Of a stretch of DNA of 64,000 bases, positions 50,773 through 64,000 are shown in pieces (position 1 is the first letter of the stretch; every line of letters begins with the position of its first letter). Under the pieces are notes generated by a model that saw nothing but the letters and a program-made list of their open reading frames with translations, had not been told where the DNA came from and made no database searches. The DNA is taken from positions 116,190,001 to 116,254,000 of the forward strand of contig NC_086108.1 of NCBI RefSeq assembly GCF_963921235.1, read 5' to 3'. The stretch is from Mobula hypostoma. Taxonomy: Eukaryota. The translations under genes and the position numbers were made by a program.

Positions 50773-51416
50773 GAGAATCCATACATGTGTTATAACGAAT
50801 GTGACGCTAGTACCCCTGAGCTGGCACACCCACCTGAGCTGATGCTAGATGATGAGGGCCGCATCCCCAACACCTTTTGGCAGAGTGTCTCCTGGAAGAG
50901 TTTCCCCAAACCACTGCTGGTCAACATCACCCTGTCCTGGGGCAAGAGTATTGAGCTGACCGAGGACATCATCATCACCTTCGAGTCGGGCCGGCCGGAG
51001 CAGATGGTCCTTGAGAAGTCCCTGGACCATGGGCGGACGTGGCAGCCCTACCAGTTCTATGCAGCTGATTGCCTCAATTCCTTTGGGATGGAGCCGCGGA
51101 GGGCAAAGGAGCTGAAGTCGGCCTCCGTGTTGGACATAATCTGCACTGAGGAGTATTCTAGGGGCTACGTGTGGAAATTGGACAAGATGGTGCGCTTTGA
51201 GATACAGGAGCGATTTGCACTGTTTGGAGGCCCCCGACTGCGGGATATGGCCTCACTCTACGGTCAGCTTGATACCACCAAGGAGCTCAGGGACTTCTTC
51301 ACGCTGACGGACCTGCGGCTCAGGCTGCTGAGGCCCGCCACCGGGGCCACCAGTGTGGACCAGCAGAGACTCTCCAAGTACTTCTACGCAATCTCCAACC
51401 TAGACATCCGTGGCCG
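50773..51416 (+). CDS. NTNG1: Internal coding exon of a netrin-G family gene (NTNG1-like), laminin N-terminal (LN/domain VI) region
   Basis: Translation [24 protein letters not shown]...TFWQS...NITLSWGK...[28 protein letters not shown]...CTEEYS...[31 protein letters not shown]...[14 protein letters not shown] is the netrin-G LN domain. Acceptor is ctcaattttcAG (AG 50771-50772, phase 0) and donor is CG|GTGAGA (GT 51417-51418, phase 2). No internal stops. Family call is very confident; exact paralog is uncertain. Confidence 0.93.
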
Positions 51417-51454
51417 GTGAGAGCAGTTTGCCTTTGCAACACTCACAGCTTAGT

Positions 51455-52050
51455 CACAGGTCAGAGAAACATCTGGAAAACACGGTCAGGAAGTCATATC
51501 AGGCATGGGTCAGGGAAACATCTGGGGAACAGGATGAGGAAAAATTGGGGCACAGGAGCAACAAAACAGCTGGGACATGGATCAGGAAATGTCTGGGAAG
51601 CAGGATCAGGGAAACAGCTGGAGCATAGGATCAGGGAAACATCTGGAGCATGGGTTCTATGGCACAGGTTCAAGAAACATCTGGGTCACAGTCAGGAAAC
51701 ATCTGGGACACGGTCAGGAAACATCTGAGACACGGGGGTCAGGAAGCATCTGGGACACAGGGTCAAGAAACATCTGAGACACAGGGGGTCAGGAAACATC
51801 TGGGACACAGTCTGGAAACATCTGGGGCACAGGGTCACGAAACATCTGGGACACAGGTTCAGGAAACATCTGGGACACAGTCAGGAAACATCTGGGACAC
51901 AGGGTCAGGAAACATCTGGGATACAGGGTCAGGAAACATCTGAGTCACAGGGTCAGGAAACATCTGGGACATGGTCAGGAAACATCTGAGACACGGTCAG
52001 GAAACATCTGGGACATGGTCAGGAAACATCTGGTGTACTTGGTCAGGACA
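51455..52050. repeat. ~22-25-bp minisatellite
   Basis: Unit ggtcaggaaacatctgggacaca(g). Confidence 0.9.
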
Positions 52051-52129
52051 AAATTTCAGGATGGTGTCAGGGCAACATTTGTGATCTTAAGGCTTTAGCT
52101 CTTCAATTCTTCAATGAAGAGAGGCTTTA

Positions 52130-55100
52130 CTCAGAGAAAGCAAGGAAAAGAAGAACTCTTTTTTTTCCTTTGTCTTCTTTATATGTTCAGCTAGGACAGG
52201 AGAGCTGTTAGGCAGGATAGTGCAATGCTCCTTTTGTGGGATGTGGGAAGGCAGGGAGATCTCCAATGTCCCTGATGACTACAACTATGAGGTATGTCCA
52301 ACTGCAACTTCTAACTAACCACGTTAAGGAGATGGAGCTGAAACTGGGTGAACTCTGGATCCTTCAGAAGTCTGAGGGGTGATAGATAGGACATATAGTG
52401 AGATAGTTACATCCAAGGTGCAGGACACAGGAAACTGGGTGACAGGAAGGGGAAGGGGATTAACGAGCCAGTGCAGATTACCCCTGTGACCATCTCCCTC
52501 AACAACAGATTTCAAAGGTACAATTTAACGTCAGAGAAATGTATACAATATACATCCTGAAATGCCTTTTCTTTGCAACCATCCACGAAAACAGAGGGTG
52601 CCCCAAAGAATGAATGACAGTTAAATGTTGGAACCCCAAAGTACCCCCCAGCTCCCCTCCCTCCTGCACGTAAGCGGCAGCAAGCAACAATAGGTACATC
52701 ACTTTGGATACTGTCGGTTGGGGCGGGGGGGGTGGTGACATAACCGAGGCAAGTCACTGAATCTGCCTTTATGACTAAGAAGGGAATGGGGAAGAGGAGA
52801 TACATCATGTTCAGAGGAACAGACAGGAGGCTCCGTGGGCAAGAATGAAACTCCCATATGGTGTGTTGCCTGCCGGGTGCCAGCGTCCAGGATATCTCGG
52901 ACGGAGTCCTCAGCCAGAAGTCGTGTCCACGTAGCTACCAATGACACAGGTAGGACGAGTGACAAGGTTCTGCATAGGGAGCTCAGGGAGTTAAGTACTA
53001 TGTTAAAGGGCAGGTCCTCCAGGGTTGTGATCTCAGGATTGCTACCTGTGCCACATGTTAGTGAGGCCAGAACTAGGAAGATTATACAATTTAGTATGTG
53101 GTTAAGGAGTTGGTGTAGGAGGGAGGGCGTGAGATTTTTTGACCATTGGGCTCTTTTCCAGGGAAGATGGGATCTGTAAGGAAAGGACAGTTTGCACCTG
53201 AGCGGGAGGGGAAAAAATAACCCAGTGGACAGGTTTATTAATGCTGCACAGTGGGGTTTAAACAGAGTTGCAGGGGGATGGGAACCAGATAGTTAGTAGA
53301 GAGGTTGTGGAGGCAGATGTTGGTAAGATGTTGGTTAGGAATCAAAAGGTTGAGCATGGTACAACAAAATCAAAAAGGGTGAATACAGGACTGAAGGTGT
53401 TGTATTTGGATTAGGGCACTATATGGAATAAGTTAAATAGACTTGCAGCACAGTTACAGATTGGCAGGTATGATGTTGTAGGTATCACTGAATCATTGCT
53501 GAAAGATTATAGCTGGATGCTTAATGTTCAAGGCTACACATTCAATCAAAAGGACAGACAGGGAGTCAGAGGGGGCGACATTGCTTCTTTTGCTAAAAAT
53601 GACATCAAATTATTAGAAAGAAATTACATAGGGTGGGAAGGTCTTGAATCATTGTGGATAGAGCTAAGGAACTGCAAGGGGAAAAAAGTACCTGATAGGA
53701 CTTGTATACAGTAGTGAGGATGTGCCCTACAAATTACAATGGGAGATGGAAAATGCATGCCAAAAAGGCAATGTTACAAAAGTCATGAGGGACTTCAGTA
53801 TAGATAGATAGATACTTCATTGATCCGAAAGGAAGTTACAGTGTCACAGCAGCATTACAGCTGCTGGGAGATGGGAAAATGAAGTTGGTGCTGGATTACA
53901 ACATGATTACAGAAGAGAGAATTTTTGAAGTGCCCAGAGATGATTCTTTAGTTCAGCTTGTGGTTGAGCCCACTAGAGGAAAGACAATTCTTGACTTGAT
54001 GTTGAGCAATCAACTGGATTTTATTAGAGAATTTGAGGTAAAAGAATCAGGGGAAAGTAATCATAATATGATCATATTCACCCTGAAATTTGAGAAGGTA
54101 AAATCAGATGTATCAGTATTACAATGGAGTAAAGAGAATTAAGAGGCATGAGAGGAGTTGGCCAGAATTGATTGGAAAAGAACACTGGCAGGGATGACGG
54201 TAGAGCAGTAATGGCTAGAATTTCTGGAAGCATTTCCTAAGGCACAGGATATATACATTTCAAAGAGGAAGAAGTATTATAAAGGGAAGATGACACAACC
54301 ATGGCTAACAAAAGAAGTCAAAGCCAACATAAAGGCAAAGAGAGGGAAGTCCAGAACGAGGGGTCACAGTTTGAGGATAAAGGGGAAGCCTTTTAGGACC
54401 GAGATTAGGAAAAACTTCAGAGTGGTGAATCTGTGGAATTCTCTGCCACAGGAAACAGTTCAGGCCAGTTCATTGGCTATATTTAAGAGGGAGTTAGATA
54501 TGGCCCTTGTGGCTAAAGGGATCGGGGGTATGGAGGGAAGGCTGGTACAGGGTTCTGAGTTGGATGATCAGCCATCATCATACTGAATGGTGGTGCAGGC
54601 TCGAAGGGCCGAATGGCCTACTCCTGCACCTATTTTCTGTTTCTATATAATAGAGCAAAAATTAGAGGGAAATTAGTGGGAGGCTTTTAAAAGCCAACAG
54701 AAGTCAACTAAAAAAAGTCATTAAGAAGGTAAAGATGGAATGAGAAAGTAAGCTAGCTAATAATATCAGAAAGGATACCAAAGGTTTCTTCAGATACATA
54801 AAGTGTAAAAGAGAGGAGAGAGTGGATATCGGACCACAAGAAAACAATGCTGGAGAGGTAGTAATGGGGGACAATGAAATAGCGGTTGAACTGAATAAGT
54901 ATTTTGCATCGGCCTTCGCTGTGGAAGACACTAGCAATATGGTGGAAGTTCCAGGTGTCAGATGGCATGAAATGTGTGAAGTTACCATTACTAGGGAGAA
55001 GGTTCTGGGGAAACTGAAGTTGCCTGGACCAGATGGTGCACACCCCAGGTTTCTGAAAGAAGTGGCTGAAGAGATTGTGGAGGCATTAGTAATGATCTTC

Positions 55101-55757
55101 CAAGAATCACTAGATTCTGGAAGACTGGAAAATTGCAAATATCACTCCACTCTTCAAGAAGGGATAGAGGCAGATAAAAGGAAACTATAGGCCAATTTGT
55201 TTGATCTCAGTGATTGGGAAGATGTTGGAGTCAATTATTAAAGATGAGGTCTCAGGGTACTTGGAGGCATATGATAAAATAGGCTGTCATCAGCATGATT
55301 TCCTCAATGAAAAATCTTGTCTGACAAATCTGTTGGAATTCTTTGAAGAAATAACAAGCAGGATAGACAAAGGAGAATTAGTTGATGTTGTGTACTTGGA
55401 TTTTCAGAAGGCCTTTGACAAGGCCCCACACATGACGCTGCTTATCAAGCTACGAGCCCATGGTGTTACAGGAAAGAGACTAGCATGGATAAAACAGTGC
55501 CTGATTGGCAGGAGCCAAAGAGTGGGAATAAAGGGAGCCTTTTCTGGCTGGCTGCTGGTGACTAGTGGTGTTCCAGGATCTGTGTTGAGACCAATTCTTT
55601 TTATGTTACACATCAATGATCTGAATGATAGAATTGATTGCTTTGTTGCAAAGTTTGCAGACAATAGGAAGATAGGTAGAGGGCAGATAGTTTTGAAAAA
55701 GTAGAGAGGCTACAGATAGACCTAGACGGATTAGGAGAATGGGCAAAGAAATGGCAA
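52130..55757 (+). mobile_element. Old CR1 LINE (ORF1, APE, RT), 3'-truncated, with nested inserts (~52511-52691 and ~54344-54645)
   Basis: ORF1 VHVATND..RVVISGLLPVP; APE PTRGKTILDL; RT SCLTNLLEFFEE, YLDFQKAFD, KFAD. Confidence 0.85.
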
Positions 55758-57235
55758 ATATCCCCTAACATTTGCCACATTACTTCCGTAGATTTCCCTG
55801 AGAGCATCAGTTTCAAATTTATGCTTCCAAGTTCCTGCCTGATAGCCTCATACTTCCTCTTACTCCAATGAAACACTTTCCTAACTTGTCTGTTCTTATC
55901 CCTCTCCAATGCTATGGTAAAGGAGATAGAATTGTGATCACTATCTCCAAAATGCTCTTCCACTGAGGGACCTGACACCTGACCAGGTTCATTTCCCAAA
56001 ACCAAATCAAGTACAGCCTCTCCTCTTGTAAGCTTATCTGCATATTGTGTCAAGAAACCTTCCTGAACACACCTAATAAACTCCACCCCATCTAAACCTC
56101 TCATCTAGGAAGATGCCAATCAATATTTGGGAAATTAAAATCTCTCACCACAACAAGCCTGTTATTATTACACCTTTCCAAAATCTATCTCCCTATCTGC
56201 TCCTAGATGTCCCTGTTACTATTGAGAGGTCTATAAAAAAGTACCCAGTAGAGTTATTGAATAGATCCACTTGACCCAAAACAGGAGTGTGTGGGCCATG
56301 GCAGTCAAAGCTCAAATTGGGTATGGCACCTGATGATGATGCTGATAATGATGAGAGTTATTGACTCCTTCCTGTTCCTAATTCCATTCACAGAGACTCC
56401 GTAGACAATCCCTCCATGACTTCCTCCTCTTCTGCAGCCGTGACACTATCTCTGATCAACAGTGCCACGCCCCCACCTCTTTTGCCCCTCTCTCTGCCCT
56501 TTCTGAAACATCTAAAGCCTGGCACTCGAAGTAACCATTCCTGCCCCTGAGGCATCCAAGTCTCTGTAATGGCCACAACATCATAGCTCCAAGTACTGAA
56601 CTACGCTCTAAGCACATTTGCTTTGTTCGTAATACTCCTTGCATTAAAATAGACACATCTCAAACCGTCGATCTGAGCGCGTCCCTTCTCTACCACCTGC
56701 CTATCCTCCGTTTTTCACCGCCTCCATGCTTACTCTATTTGTGAGCCAACTGCCTCTTCGTTTGTCACTTCAGTTCGATTCCCACCCCCCAGCAATTCTA
56801 ATTTAAACTCTGCCCAGTAGTATTAGCAAATCTCCCTGCCAGGATAGCGGTCGCCTCTCAGACTCAAGTACAACCCGTCCTTCTTGTACAGGTCACACCT
56901 GCCCCAGAAGAGGTCCCAATGATCCAGATATCTGAATCTCTGCTCCCTGCTCCAATCTCTCAGCCACACACTTATCCTCCACCTCACTCTATTCCTATAC
57001 TCACTGTCACGTGGCACAGGCAGCAATCCCGAGATTACTACTTTTGTGGTCCTGCTTCTCAACTTCCATCCTATCTTCCTGTAGTCTGCTTTCAGGACCT
57101 CCTCCCTTTCCCTACCTATTCGTTGGTACTAATATGTACCACGACCTCTGGCTGTTCTCCTTCCCACTTCAGGATATTATGGACACGATCAGAAACATCC
57201 CAGAATCTGGCACCTTGAAGACAAACTACCATGCA
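55758..57235 (-). mobile_element. CR1 fragment (ORF1 esterase + APE; family of 29161-33570)
   Basis: KVVISGLLPVPRDSEYRNR, AITETW, TRGEAVLDLVLGNEPGQ, GDSDH. Confidence 0.88.
56261..56353 (+). mobile_element. Very short 3' fragment of a non-LTR retroelement with (tga)n tail
   Basis: 11-bp TSD agagttattga (56250-56260 / 56354-56364). Confidence 0.7.
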
Positions 57236-57612
57236 AACAGACTCGCCACTCTTGCTGCCATGGAACTACTCCGCGATGCTGCTACTTTCAGTATCTCTGG
57301 AATCACCCTGGACCATCAGGCTCATCAATGTAGGTTTTCGTATATAAAGCAGCAAAGCTATTTAACATTGAAGGGAAACTGTAGCAACTACTTTATTGTC
57401 CTACAAACACAGATCATTACGTCATCATGTCAGAGTGAACCTCAACTCAATGTGGCTGGTTGTGATATTGCCACCCATTACCTTACCCTACAAAAGCAGC
57501 TGTTTGTCAGGTCTTACAATGACCACAATGGACACATGTATCTGTGGGATGACACAATGATTGCTGGTATTATGTATAGTGGAGATATTTGGAAAGGATA
57601 CAGAGATTCGTA

Positions 57613-57682
57613 CTGTACTGCGCAAAAGTCTTAAGCACATATACGTATATAGCTCGGATGCCAAAATTTTTGCACAGTACTG
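57613..57682. mobile_element. 70-bp Tc1-type MITE
   Basis: Imperfect TIRs ctgtactgcgcaaaagtctt / aaaatttttgcacagtactg; TA on the left flank; lies within a decayed CR1 (~57520-58255). Confidence 0.7.
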
Positions 57683-58254
57683 AATAGTTGCAGATATGGG
57701 CAGAGAAATGGCAGATGACAAGTGTGAGGTGTTACAATTTGGGAGGTCACATGTAAGTGGATAGGACACAAGATAATGGCAGAACTCTTCCTGCGAAGTG
57801 GGGTATTAGAGTACAAATCCGTAAGTCCCTCAAGGTAGCTGTAGTGAAGAAAGTACGTGGCATGTGGCTTGGAATTGTCAGGCGAGGCAGGTACAAGAGT
57901 CAGGAAATAGTCTGGAGGATTGCATACAGTTCTAATCATACCATTACAGGACAGATATGAAGACTTTGGAGAGGGCACAGAATGGACTGAACAGCATACT
58001 GCCAGGATTAAAGGGCTTGTGCTATAACGAGAGGCTGGACAATTCAGTTCTTTACGCTGGAACATCAGAGACTGAAGGAAGATCTGATAGAGGTTTATGA
58101 GATTATAGGAAGCACAGACAGAGTAACATACAGCATCATTATCCCCACGGTTGAAATATCTCATGCCAGAGGATTTCAAAAGAGATGGACATAGCAAGCA
58201 TTTTTCACACAAAATTTTGGGTTCAGGGAACGCACTAACAGCGGTGGTGGTGCT

Positions 58255-61200
58255 GGGTTTGAGAGACACACAGGGATGTAGGGTGATGGGTTTCAGAGAT
58301 ACACAGGGATGTGGGGTGATGGGTTGTGGAGACACACAGGGATGTGGGGTTATGGTGGGTTTCAGATACACACAGGGATGTGGGATGAAGAACAGTTTCA
58401 AAGACACACAGGGATGCGGGGTGATGGAGATTTTCAGAGACACAGGTATGTGGGGTGATGAGTTTCAGAGACACACAGGGATGTGGGGTGATGGAGGGTT
58501 TCAGAGTCACACAGAGATGTCGGGTGATGGGTTTCAGAGACACACAGGGATGTGGGGTGATGGAAGGTTTCATAGACACCCGGGGATGTGGGGTGATGGT
58601 CGGTTTCAGAGACACACAGGGATGTGGGGTTATGGTGGGATTCAGAGAGACACAATGATGTGGGGTGATGAGTTTCAGAGACACACAGGGATGTGGGGTG
58701 ATGGTGGGTTTCAGAGACACACAGGGATGTGGGGTGATGGGTTTCAGAGACACACATGAATGTGGGGTGGTGATTTCAGAGACACTCAGGTATGTGGGGT
58801 GATGGACCCTTTCTGAGACTCACTGGGGTGTGGGGTGATGGAGAGTTTCAGAGTCACACAGAGATTTCGGGTGATGGGTTTCAGAGACACACAGGGCTGT
58901 GGGGTGATGGAGGTTTCAGAGACACACAGGGATGTGGGGTGATGGAGGGTTTCAGAGAGACACAGGGATGTGGGGTGATGAGTTTCATAGACACACAGGG
59001 ATGTGGGGTGATGGTGGGTTTCAGAGACACACAGGGATGTGGGGTGATGGTGGGTTTCAGAGAAACCCAGGGATGTGGGGTGATGAGTTTCAGAGACACA
59101 CAGGGATGTGGGGTGATTGGTTTCAGCGACACACAGGGATGTAGGGTGATGGTCGATTTCAGAGACACACAGGGATGTGGGGTGGAGATTTCAGAGACAC
59201 TCAGGGATGTGGGGTGATGGACCCTTTCTGAGACTCACTGGGGTGATGGAGGGTTTCAGAGTCACACATAGATGTCGGGTGATGGGTTTCAGAGACACAC
59301 AGGGATGTGGGGTGATGGACGGTTTCAGAGACACACAGGGATGTGGGGTGATGGGTTTCGGAGACACAGAGGGATGTGGGGTGATGGAGGGTTTCAGAGT
59401 CACACAGAGATGTCGGGTGATGGGTTTCAGAGACACACAGGGATGTGGGGTGATGGAGGGTTTCAGAGACACACAGGGATGTGGGGTGATGGAGGGTTTC
59501 AGAGTCACACAGAGATGTCGGGTGATGGGTTTCAGAGACACACAGGGATGAGGGGTGATGGGTTTCAGAGACACACAGGGATGTGGGGTGATGGAGGGTT
59601 TCAGAGTCATACAGTGATGTCGGGTGATGGGTTTCAGAGACACTCAGGGATGTGGGGTGATGGTGGGTTTCAGAGACACACATTGATGTGGGGTGATGGA
59701 GGGTTTCAGAGACACATAGGGATGTGGGGTGATGGAGGGTTTCAGAGTCACACAGAGATGTCGGGTGATGGGTTTCAGAGACACACAGGGATGTGGGGTG
59801 ATGGAGGGTTTCAGAGACACACAGGGATGTGGGGTGATGGAGGGTTTCAGAGTCACACAGAGATGTCGGGTGATGGGTTTCAGAGACACACAGGGATGTG
59901 GGGTGATGGGTTTCAGAGACACACAGGGATGTGGGGTGATGGAGGGTTTCAGAGTCACACAGAGATGTCGGGTGATGGGTTTCAGAGACACACAGGGATG
60001 TGGGGTGATGGTGGGTTTCAGAGACACACATTGATGTGGGGTGATGGAGGGTTTCAGAGACACATAGGGATGTGGGGTGATGGAGGGTTTCAGAGACACC
60101 CAGGGATGTGGGGTGATGGTCGGTTTCAGAGACACACAGGGATGTGGGGTTATGGTGGGTTTCAGAGAGACACAGCGATGTGGGCTGATGAGTTTCAGAG
60201 ACACACAGGGATGTGGGGTGATGGTGGGTTTCAGAGACACACAGGGATGTGGGGTGATGGGTTTCAGTGACACACAGGGATGTGGGGTGATGGTCGGTTT
60301 CAGAGACACACAGGGATGTGGGGTGATGGGTTTCAGCGACACACAGGGATGTGGGGTGATGGGTTGTGGAGACACACAGGGATCTGGGATGAAGAACAGT
60401 TTCAAAGACACACAGGGATGCGGGGTGATGGAGATTTTCAGAGACACAGGTATGTGGGGTGATGAGTTTCAGAGACACACAGGGATGTGGGGTGATGCAG
60501 GGTTTCAGAGTCACACAGAAATGTCGGGTGATGGGTTTCAGAGACACACAGGGATGTGGGGTGATGGAGGGTTTCATAGACACCCGGGGATGTGGGGTGA
60601 TGGTCGGTTTCAGAGTCACACAGGGATGTGGGGTTATGGTGGGTTTCAGAGAGACACAATGATGTGGGGTGATGAGTTTCAGAGACACACAGGGATGTGG
60701 GGTGATGGTGGGTTTCAGAGACACACAGGGATGTGGGGTGATGGGTTTCAGAGACACACATGAATGTGGGGTGGTGATTTCAGAGACACTCAGGTATGTG
60801 GGGTGATGGACCCTTTGTGAGACTCACTGGGGTGTGGTGTGATGGAGAGTTTCAGAGTCACACAGAGATTTCGGGTGATGGGTTTCAGAGACACACAGGG
60901 CTGTGGGGTATTGGAGGTTTCAGAGACACACAGGGATGTGGGGTGATGGAGGGTTTCAGAGAGACACAGGGATGTGGGGTGATGAGTTTCATAGACACAC
61001 AGGGATGTGGGGTGATGGTGGGTTTCAAAGACACACAGGGATGTGGGGTGATGGTGGGTTTCAAAGACACACAGGGATGTGGGGTGATGGGTTTCAGAGA
61101 CACACAGGGATGTGGGGTGATGGAGAGTTTCAGAGACACACAGGGACGTGGGGTGATGGGTTTCAGAGACACACAGGGATGTGGGGTGATGGTGGGTTTC

Positions 61201-64000
61201 AGAGAAACCCAGGGATGTGGGGTGATGAGTTTCAGAGACACACAGGGATGTGGGGTGATGGGTTTCAGCGACACACAGGGATGTAGGGTGATGGTCGATT
61301 TCAGAGACACACAGGGATGTGGGGTGGAGATTTCAGAGACACTCAGGGATGTGGGGTGATGGACCCTTTCTGAGACTCACTGGGGTGATGGAGGGTTTCA
61401 GAGTCACACATAGATGTCGGGTGATGGGTTTCAGAGACACACAGGGATGTGGGGTGATGGACGGTTTCAGAGACACACAGGGATGTGGGGTGATGGGTTT
61501 CGGAGACACAGAGGGATGTGGGGTGATGGAGGGTTTCAGAGTCACACAGAGATGTCGGGTGATGGGTTTCAGAGACACACAGGGATGTGGGGTGATGGAG
61601 GGTTTCAGAGACACACAGGGATGTGGGGTGATGGAGGGTTTCAGAGTCACACAGAGATTTCGGGTGATGGGGTTCAGAGACACACAGGGATGTGGGGTGA
61701 TGGGTTTCAGAGACACACAGGGATGTGGGGTGATGGAGGGTTTCAGAGTCACACAGTGATGTCGGGTGATGGGTTTCAGAGACACTCAGGGATGTGGGGT
61801 GATGGTGGGTTTCAGAGACACACATTGATGTGGGGTGATGGAGGGTTTCAGAGACACATAGGGATGTGGGGTGATGGAGGGTTTCAGAGTCACACAGAGA
61901 TGTCGGGTGATGGGTTTCAGAGACACACAGGGATGTGGGGTGATGGAGGGTTTCAGAGACACACAGGGATATGGGGTGATGGAGGGTTTCAGAGTCACAC
62001 AGAGATGTCGGGTGATGGGTTTCAGAGACACACAGGGATGTGGGGTGATGGGTTTCAGAGACACACAGGGATGTGGGGTGATGGAGGGTTTCAGAGTCAC
62101 ACAGAGATGTGGGGTGATGGGTTTCAGAGACACACAGGGATGTGGGGTGATGGAGAGTTTCAGAGACACACAGGGACGTGGGGTGATGGGTTTCAGAGAC
62201 ACACAGGGATGTGGGGTGATGGTGGGTTTCAGAGAAACCCAGGGATGTGGGGTGATGAGTTTCAGAGACACACAGGGATGTGGGGTGATGGGTTTCAGCG
62301 ATACACAGGGATGTAGGGTGATGGTCGATTTCAGAGACACACAGGGATGTGGGGTGGAGATTTCAGAGACACTCAGGGATGTGGGGTGATGGACCCTTTC
62401 TGAGACTCACTGGGGTGATGGAGGGTTTCAGAGTCACACATAGATGTCGGGTGATGGGTTTCAGAGACACACAGGGATGTGGGGTGATGGACGGTTTCAG
62501 AGACACACAGGGATGTGGGGTGATGGGTTTCGGAGACACAGAGGGATGTGGGGTGATGGAGGGTTTCAGAGTCACACAGAGATGTCGGGTGATGGAGGGT
62601 TTCAGAGTCACACAGAGATGTCGGGTGATGGGTTTCAGAGACACACAGGGATGTGGGGTGATGGGTTTCAGAGACACACAGGGATGTGGGGTGATGGAGG
62701 GTTTCAGAGTCACACAGAGATGTCGGGTGATGGGTTTCAGAGACACACAGGGATGTGGGGTGATGGAGGGTTTCAGAGTCACACAGAGATGTCGGGTGAT
62801 GGGTTTCAGAGACACACAGGGATGTGGGGTGATGGTGGGTTTCAGAGACACACATTGATGTGGGGTGATGGAGGGTTTCAGAGACACATAGGGATGTGGG
62901 GTGATGGAGGGTTTCAGAGACACCCAGGGATGTGGGGTGATGGTCGGTTTCAGAGACACACAGGGATGTGGGGTTATGGTGGGTTTCAGAGAGACACAGC
63001 GATGTGGGCTGATGAGTTTCAGAGACACACAGGGATGTGGGGTGATGGTGGGTTTCAGAGACACACAGGGATGTGGGGTGATGGGTTTCAGTGACACACA
63101 GGGATGTGGGGTGATGGTCAGTTTCAGAGACACACAGGAATGTGGGGTGATGGGTTTCAGCGACACACAGGGATGTGGGGTGATGGTCGGTTTCAGAGAC
63201 ACACAGGGATGTGGGGTGATGTGTTTCAGAGACACACAGGACTGTGGTGTGATGGAGGGTTTCAGAGACACACAGGGATGTGGGGTAATGGTTTTCAGAG
63301 ACACACAGGGATGTGGGTTGATGGCTTTCAGAGACACACAGGGATATGGGGTTGAGGGTTTCAGAGACACACAGGGATGTGGGGTGATGGAGGGTTTCAG
63401 AGACACACAGGGATGTGGAGTGATGGAGGGTTTCAGAGACACCCAGGGATGTGCGGTGATGGTCGGTTTCAGAGACACACAGGGATGTGGGGTTATGGTG
63501 GGTTTCAGAGACACACACGGATGTGGGGTGATGGGTTTCAGAGACACACAGGGATGTGGGGTGATGGTGGGTTTCAGAGAAACCCAGGGATGTGGGGTGA
63601 TGAGTTTCAGAGAAACACAGGGATGTGGGGTGATGGGTTTCAGCGACACACAGGAATGTAGGGTGATGGTCGGTTTCAGAGACACACAGGGATGTGGGGT
63701 GGAGATTTCAGAGACACTCAGGGATGAGGGGTGATGGACCCTTTCTGAGACTCACTGGGGTGATGGAGGGTTTCAGAGTCACACAGAGATGTCGGGTGAT
63801 GGGTTTCAGAGACACACAGGGATGTGGGGTGATGGAGGGTTTCAGAGACACACAGGGATGTGGGGTGATGGAGGGTTTCAGAGTCACACAGAGATGTTGG
63901 GTGATGGGTTTCAGAGACACACAGGGATGTGGGGTGATGGGTTTCAGAGACACACAGGGATGTGGGGTGATGGAGGGTTTCAGAGTCACACAGAGATGTC
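58255..64000. repeat. 33/36-bp minisatellite array (>5.7 kb, runs off the window) with kb-scale higher-order duplications
   Basis: Unit ttcagagacacacagggatgtggggtgat(gga)gggt. Confidence 0.96.

Noticed and set aside
58151..63989. Many long repetitive ORFs (GMWGDGGFQRHT, SLKPITPHPCV)
   Set aside because: Products of 33/36-bp satellite units, open in several frames on both strands, with no splice or domain evidence.

Overview
Eukaryotic, repeat-dense vertebrate DNA. The repeat content (CR1 LINEs, V-SINE/HE1-like SINEs, Rex1/Babar, Penelope) suggests a cartilaginous fish such as a ray or shark; this is inference. The only host gene sequence I can support is one 644-nt internal coding exon (50773-51416, + strand). 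It encodes most of the laminin N-terminal (LN) domain of a netrin-G protein that is NTNG1-like but divergent, possibly a third paralog. The rest is presumably intronic. It holds many CR1 copies (one near full-length), Rex1/Babar LINEs, a Penelope-like element with GIY-YIG endonuclease, a degenerate Gypsy LTR element with 4-level nesting, two solo LTRs, a BovB-like RTE, Tc1 derivatives, SINEs and about ten minisatellites. Highlights: (1) short TSD-flanked, often fold-back Penelope-derived inserts carrying a minimal hammerhead ribozyme motif; (2) several minisatellites that visibly derive from transposon coding sequence; (3) the divergent netrin-G exon, whose candidate branch point lies in satellite-like sequence. 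Coordinates were read by eye, and repeat boundaries without a stated TSD are approximate.
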